From assembly GCF_009914755.1 (NCBI RefSeq), contig NC_060925.1: DNA of 64,000 nucleotides; one strand, 5' to 3'. This document shows positions 58,823-64,000 of the stretch, one piece after another. Both the position numbers and the translations under genes were made by a program. How positions within the stretch are numbered: position 1 is the first letter of the stretch; the number at the start of each line of letters is the position of its first letter. Origin of the DNA: the human T2T-CHM13v2.0 reference genome, Homo sapiens. Under the pieces are notes generated by a model. It was not told the origin of the DNA. It searched no databases and saw only the letters and a list, made by a program, of their open reading frames with translations.

Positions 58823-59424
58823 AATTAGAAAAATGCCACACATGGTGTTCCAGGCTACTCTCTCAAGAGATTATGTAAGTAATGACTCCTAAACTGGGAA
58901 AAGACATACAACTCTGCAGATGAGTTTGAACTCTTTTCTCCTCCCTTCCTCCAGGTGGTTCCTTTCCAAAGATGATATAATTAGCAATAAGGTCAATAAA
59001 ATCTGGATTTTTTTCTAACTCATCCAAAAACTGTTACCCAGCATGTAGAATAGCTATTAGCAGTCATTGAGCAATGCCCACTCACCCTTTGGAAGGCACT
59101 TTTATTTTCTGGTCTCAGCAGCCCAGGAAGAATGACTGTTGGTAGTCATGGGCCTAGTTTAAGAGCAGAGCCACTGGATGCACACCACGTGTGCTCATCA
59201 GATCACAGAAGCAGTCATTCTCAGACACAAGGGCCTGCTGAAAGAGAGGACAGGGCAGGATGCTCAGGACAGGACTGTCGAATCTCTAGTTCCCTCTTCC
59301 CTGCAGTTACTATCCACATATACATCAGATATCTCTTCTACCTCCAGTAATCCCCCCATTAATGCATATCTTTAAAAAAAAGATACAATTTGAATTTAAC
59401 TTGGAATATGGATGATCTGTAGCT

Positions 59425-60312
59425 ATATTAGCCAAAATAGGCTAGGTTATGCTGTGGTAGTAGACCACCCCAAAATCTCAAGGACTTACAACCACAAAAA
59501 CTTATTTCTTGCTCATGCGCCACATTCATCTAGGATCAGCTATGGTTGCACTCCATGTTGCCTTTATTCTAGGACCCAAATTCATAAAGCAATCTCTGCG
59601 TGGAGCATAACAGGTATCATTTTAGAAGTGAAAGAGAACTTGGGAAAACACAAGTTGGCTCTTAATGTTTTCACATTGTGGGAAGCAACACATATTACTT
59701 ATACTCATGGTATTAGCTACCTATTGCTGTATAACAAATCACTTCAAAATGTAGTCATTTATTATCTCACAGTTTCTGTGGGTCAGGAATTCAGGCTGCA
59801 TGGCTCTGGTTCAAGATCTCTCATGAGATTGTAGCTGAGGCTGCCTCATCTGAAGGCTTGTCTAGGGCTGGAATATCTACTTTCAAAGTAGCTCATTCAT
59901 AAGGCTGGCAAGTTGTTGCTGGTTACTGGCTGGGGCTTCAGTTGCTCTCCATGTTTGTCTTTTCATGGAGTTGTTTTAGTGTCCTCATACTATAGTTCAT
60001 GACTTTCCCAGACCAATGATCCTAAATGGGAAGTCAGAAGCTTTGTATAACTTTATCTTTGAAATCACATATTGTCACTCCTGCCATACTCTATTGACCA
60101 CAGGGCCATCCCTGACTCAGTGTAGAAGGGGGTTACACTAGGGCATGAATGCCTGAAGAAGAGGATCCCTAGGGGCCATTTGGTGACCTCACTCACATTT
60201 CTTTGGCCAAAGTAAGTCCTGTGACCAAACCTGACTTCAGTGAAATGGCAATGCACAACCCTCCTATGGAAAGGAAACTGAAGTATTTAGCCAGCTGAAA
60301 TACCATCTATCA
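59425..60312 (-). mobile_element. Nested old MLT1 LTRs
   Basis: taggctaggttatgctgtggta and atctcacagtttctgtgggtcaggaattcagg motifs. Confidence 0.65.
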
Positions 60313-62000
60313 TAATGGCTTATAGATGAAGACTCTTTAACACATCACTAGCCCAAAGAGCTTTCTTTTTCCTGTTACTTCTTCTCAAAGTTCTTGCCTC
60401 CACCAATAGCACAGCCCAATTATGCTCAATTTTCTTCAATGGGCTCAGGGACCACTTCAATGAAATGAAGGAGATTAAAGATCACTGGTATGATGACACT
60501 TAAGTCTCTTCCAGTAAGTCAAGGTTTTGAGAAAGTGTGCTAAGATCAGCTATGTCTGTGTAGAACAGTTGCACACTTTTAGCAGAGCCTCAAGGTAGAG
60601 CCTCGGGAGCTAGAAATAGACCCAAGTCAGACTTCAGGCAATGTGTTGGTCAGAAGCTGGTCAAGAGCAGTGAGACAGAGACCTCAGGGTACAGAGCAGG
60701 AAAAAGCAGCAAATCAAACACCAGGAGAACAAAAAGGTGGAACCAGGAGGACATAAGCCTTGAAGGCCAAGCCAAGTCCAATGTTCTTGTGTCATATCAG
60801 GAAGTCAAGAGTCAAGGAGGCCAAGAACCAGAGATTCACAGCACCACAGAGACCTCGGTTCTGAGATAAATTCCCATCTCAGTTCTTAGAACCATATTGT
60901 CCTTGACCTTATCTTCTAGATGTGTCCCATTCACATTCAGTATAGCCCAAGTATATTTACTGAAACCAAGATTGTGATTTCTACAATTGTTACTACAAAA
61001 TTGATTTCTATAATTGTTATCACAATACAAAGTTCCGTCTACCATGAGTGCTCAATAAATGTTTATTGATAGTTAACTATTGCCATCCATTCCCATATAA
61101 TAAAATATATGGGAAAATGTAGCTGTTCAGCATTATCAGGTATCTAGGTCCCGAGAGTTTTGAGTTTCCCTCAGTAACCAAAACAGATGACCTCATTAAT
61201 GAAAGGAAACTTGAAGAGGCAGGTTAAAGATGGCTAATAATTTTTTGACATTCCTTCTGTAAAGAGATGGGGTTTATTTCTCTTCTCCTTAAATCAGGGA
61301 AAGCCTGGCTGTTTTGATCAACAGAGCATGGTGGAAGTCATGCTCGGCCAGTTCAGGTCTTGCCTGCATATACAATAACAGCTTCAAAAAAAGTAACCAG
61401 ATCTACAACTAAGTGACCCCTGCTCTGGCTGAGCAACAGCTCACACACTCCAGAAGTGCATATTAGAAGATACAATGCTTATTTAAGTATTGGAAATCAC
61501 ATTACCATCTAAAGCTCCTGCCTTTATGAGGTATTTGGAGTGTTTTAAGTTAAGAGGGCTGTGATTACAACTGTCTTTAATGTTATTAGCCCCAAGATCT
61601 GAGGGTCCACTCACTCATCTGGGCACTTCTGTCATATTACAAAGAAGCTTCATAGACAGCTCTTTCAGCAGTAATGTTCCTTCACCACCATGTAATAAAA
61701 GGAAATTAGACAATTGTAATTCCCACATGGAATTTAACCAAGAGGCTCCAGAGTCTCTTACTCCCAACCTACTACCTCAATTCCAGAGAGGATATGGGGG
61801 CATGGTGGGAAACTTTTGGACTATAACATAGGATAATCTAATTTGGAAGTTGGTATCTGTTTGAGATCATTTTTTTCTTCCCCTTTTCTTTTTCAACTTC
61901 TTGGTAAAGAAGAGATACTTTTTCAACAGCCAAGCAACTGATTCTACCTGACACTGCCAACCCCAACTCAGGCATGGCCCATCCCTGATGGTGGTCTCTC

Positions 62001-62200
62001 ATGGTGGTTCCCAAACTCTGATTCTCAGACAAGTGCTGGGCTGGCTGCATCAGAATCCCCTGGGGAGCTTGTAATGTGGTCTCCAGGCTGCACCTGAGAA
62101 GTCTCTGATTGTCCAGGTCTGGGGTCATCCAGAGGATGTATATTTTCCCCCAAGGCTCTCCAGATGATTCTGATGCACAGCCAGGTCTGGAAACCACTGG
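62001..62200. mobile_element. MER5-like hAT-Charlie MITE
   Basis: gtggttcccaaact...gcatcagaatcccctgggga...ccagatgattctgatgc...aaaccactg. Confidence 0.8.
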
Positions 62201-62448
62201 TTTAGGTGAACATTGGTTCATTTCAATAAATCAAAACCACATGCCAAGACCATATGTTGCTACTGATATATATCAAACCCACTGACACACAGAAGAGTCA
62301 ATAGTAGTTATGCTAATGCTTAGTAACAATGCTACCCTTTGACTAGGAAGAAGATAACAAACACCCACAACCTTTATTAGTGACTGTGTGTATGTAACAG
62401 AAGTTTAAGCAAAAAAAAAAAAAGGTGATTTATTATAAGGAAACAAGA

Positions 62449-62955
<507 letters not shown>

Positions 62956-63470
62956 CTACATACCAGAAGAAAAAACTAGAATAAAAACTATGCTGTCAGG
63001 ACCCAGGTCTCTCTTTCTACCACTTTTTAGTTTGTTTTTTGTTGGTTGGTTGTTTTTTAATCTCTGCTTTTGTCATCACCACTCTTTTATTTTATATCTG
63101 CAATGTGGCTGTCTCCGCTTCCCTGGACACGTGTACCAAACACAGCGTCCTCAGCCCCTGGTTTGCCATACTTTCTTGTCCTTGTTTCCAACAAGGACAG
63201 TCTAGAGACTGGCTGGAGCAGCCAGAGAATGCAAACTGGTGTGCTACAGCAGACATGGCCTGCAACTGTGTTTGCTTTGGACGACACGAATTTTTTTCAA
63301 ATATAAAATAATTATTTTGAGATTTCATATGAAAACATGAATTCTGGACTTCTGTAAATATCAGAAAAACTGGCAAACTGGGATTACATGTGACAGCAAT
63401 CGGCTGGAGTTGAATGATGGCCACCTCCTTGGCACAGAGCCTGTGCTCTCCAGTTTGCCACTATCTCTAT

Positions 63471-64000
63471 TGTATCTATCTTGGCTCAGGCTGCTCTAAC
63501 AAGAATACTGCAGACTGGGTGGTGCAAACAAGAAACATTTATTTCTCACAGTTCTGGAGGCTGGGATGTCTGAGACCAGGGTGCCAGCATGGTTGGTTTC
63601 TGGTGAGGGCTGTCTTTCTGGTTCTCTCACATGGCAAAGAATAGAGAGAGGAAGGAATTTCTTTCATGTCTTTTCTTACAAGGGCACTAATTCTATCATG
63701 AGGTCTCTACCCTCGTGAGCTAATTACCTCCTAAAGGTCCCATCTCCAGAAACCATCACATTATGGGTTAGGATTTCAACATATGAATTTTGGGGAGTGC
63801 TATGGTCTCAAAAACTCATGTGGAAATTTAATTGCCAGAGTAACGGTATTAAGAAGTGATTAGGAATGGATTAATGTCATTATCACAGGAGCAGTTAGTT
63901 ATTGTGGGAATGGGTTCCTGATAAAAGGATACATTCTGGCCCCCATCCTTTCTTTGTCTTACACGCTTGTTTGCCCTTCTGCCTTCTGCCCTTCACCATG
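63471..64000. mobile_element. Adjacent MaLR LTRs (MLT1A-like, - strand, to ~63797; MST/MLT1-like, + strand, from ~63798, cut by window edge)
   Basis: ctcacagttctggaggctggga...tatgaattttgggga followed by tgctatggt... Confidence 0.75.

Overview
Human genomic DNA, recognisable as 1q24: the 3' end of STYXL2/DUSP27 followed by about 58 kb of non-coding, repeat-rich sequence towards POU2F1 (neighbourhood from recall, not visible in the window). The only protein-coding sequence is the very large terminal exon of the pseudophosphatase STYXL2 (CDS 2862-5683, + strand). The rest contains a processed RPS17 pseudogene with target-site duplications, many Alus, L1/L2/CR1 remnants, MaLR/ERVL/ERV1 LTRs (a MER41 LTR with two intact STAT1 GAS motifs and a two-LTR MLT1A-type provirus), DNA transposon fossils, microsatellites and a ~50-bp minisatellite. 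The most unusual unexplained structure is a cluster of locally templated inverted duplications at 39.5-43.9 kb. It includes an almost perfect 89/88-bp inverted repeat bracketing an 848-bp segment (candidate invertible element) and an older ~205-bp inverted copy that splits an L1. I see no convincing new gene. Repeat subfamily names are by-eye calls and boundaries are approximate unless a target-site duplication (TSD) is quoted.
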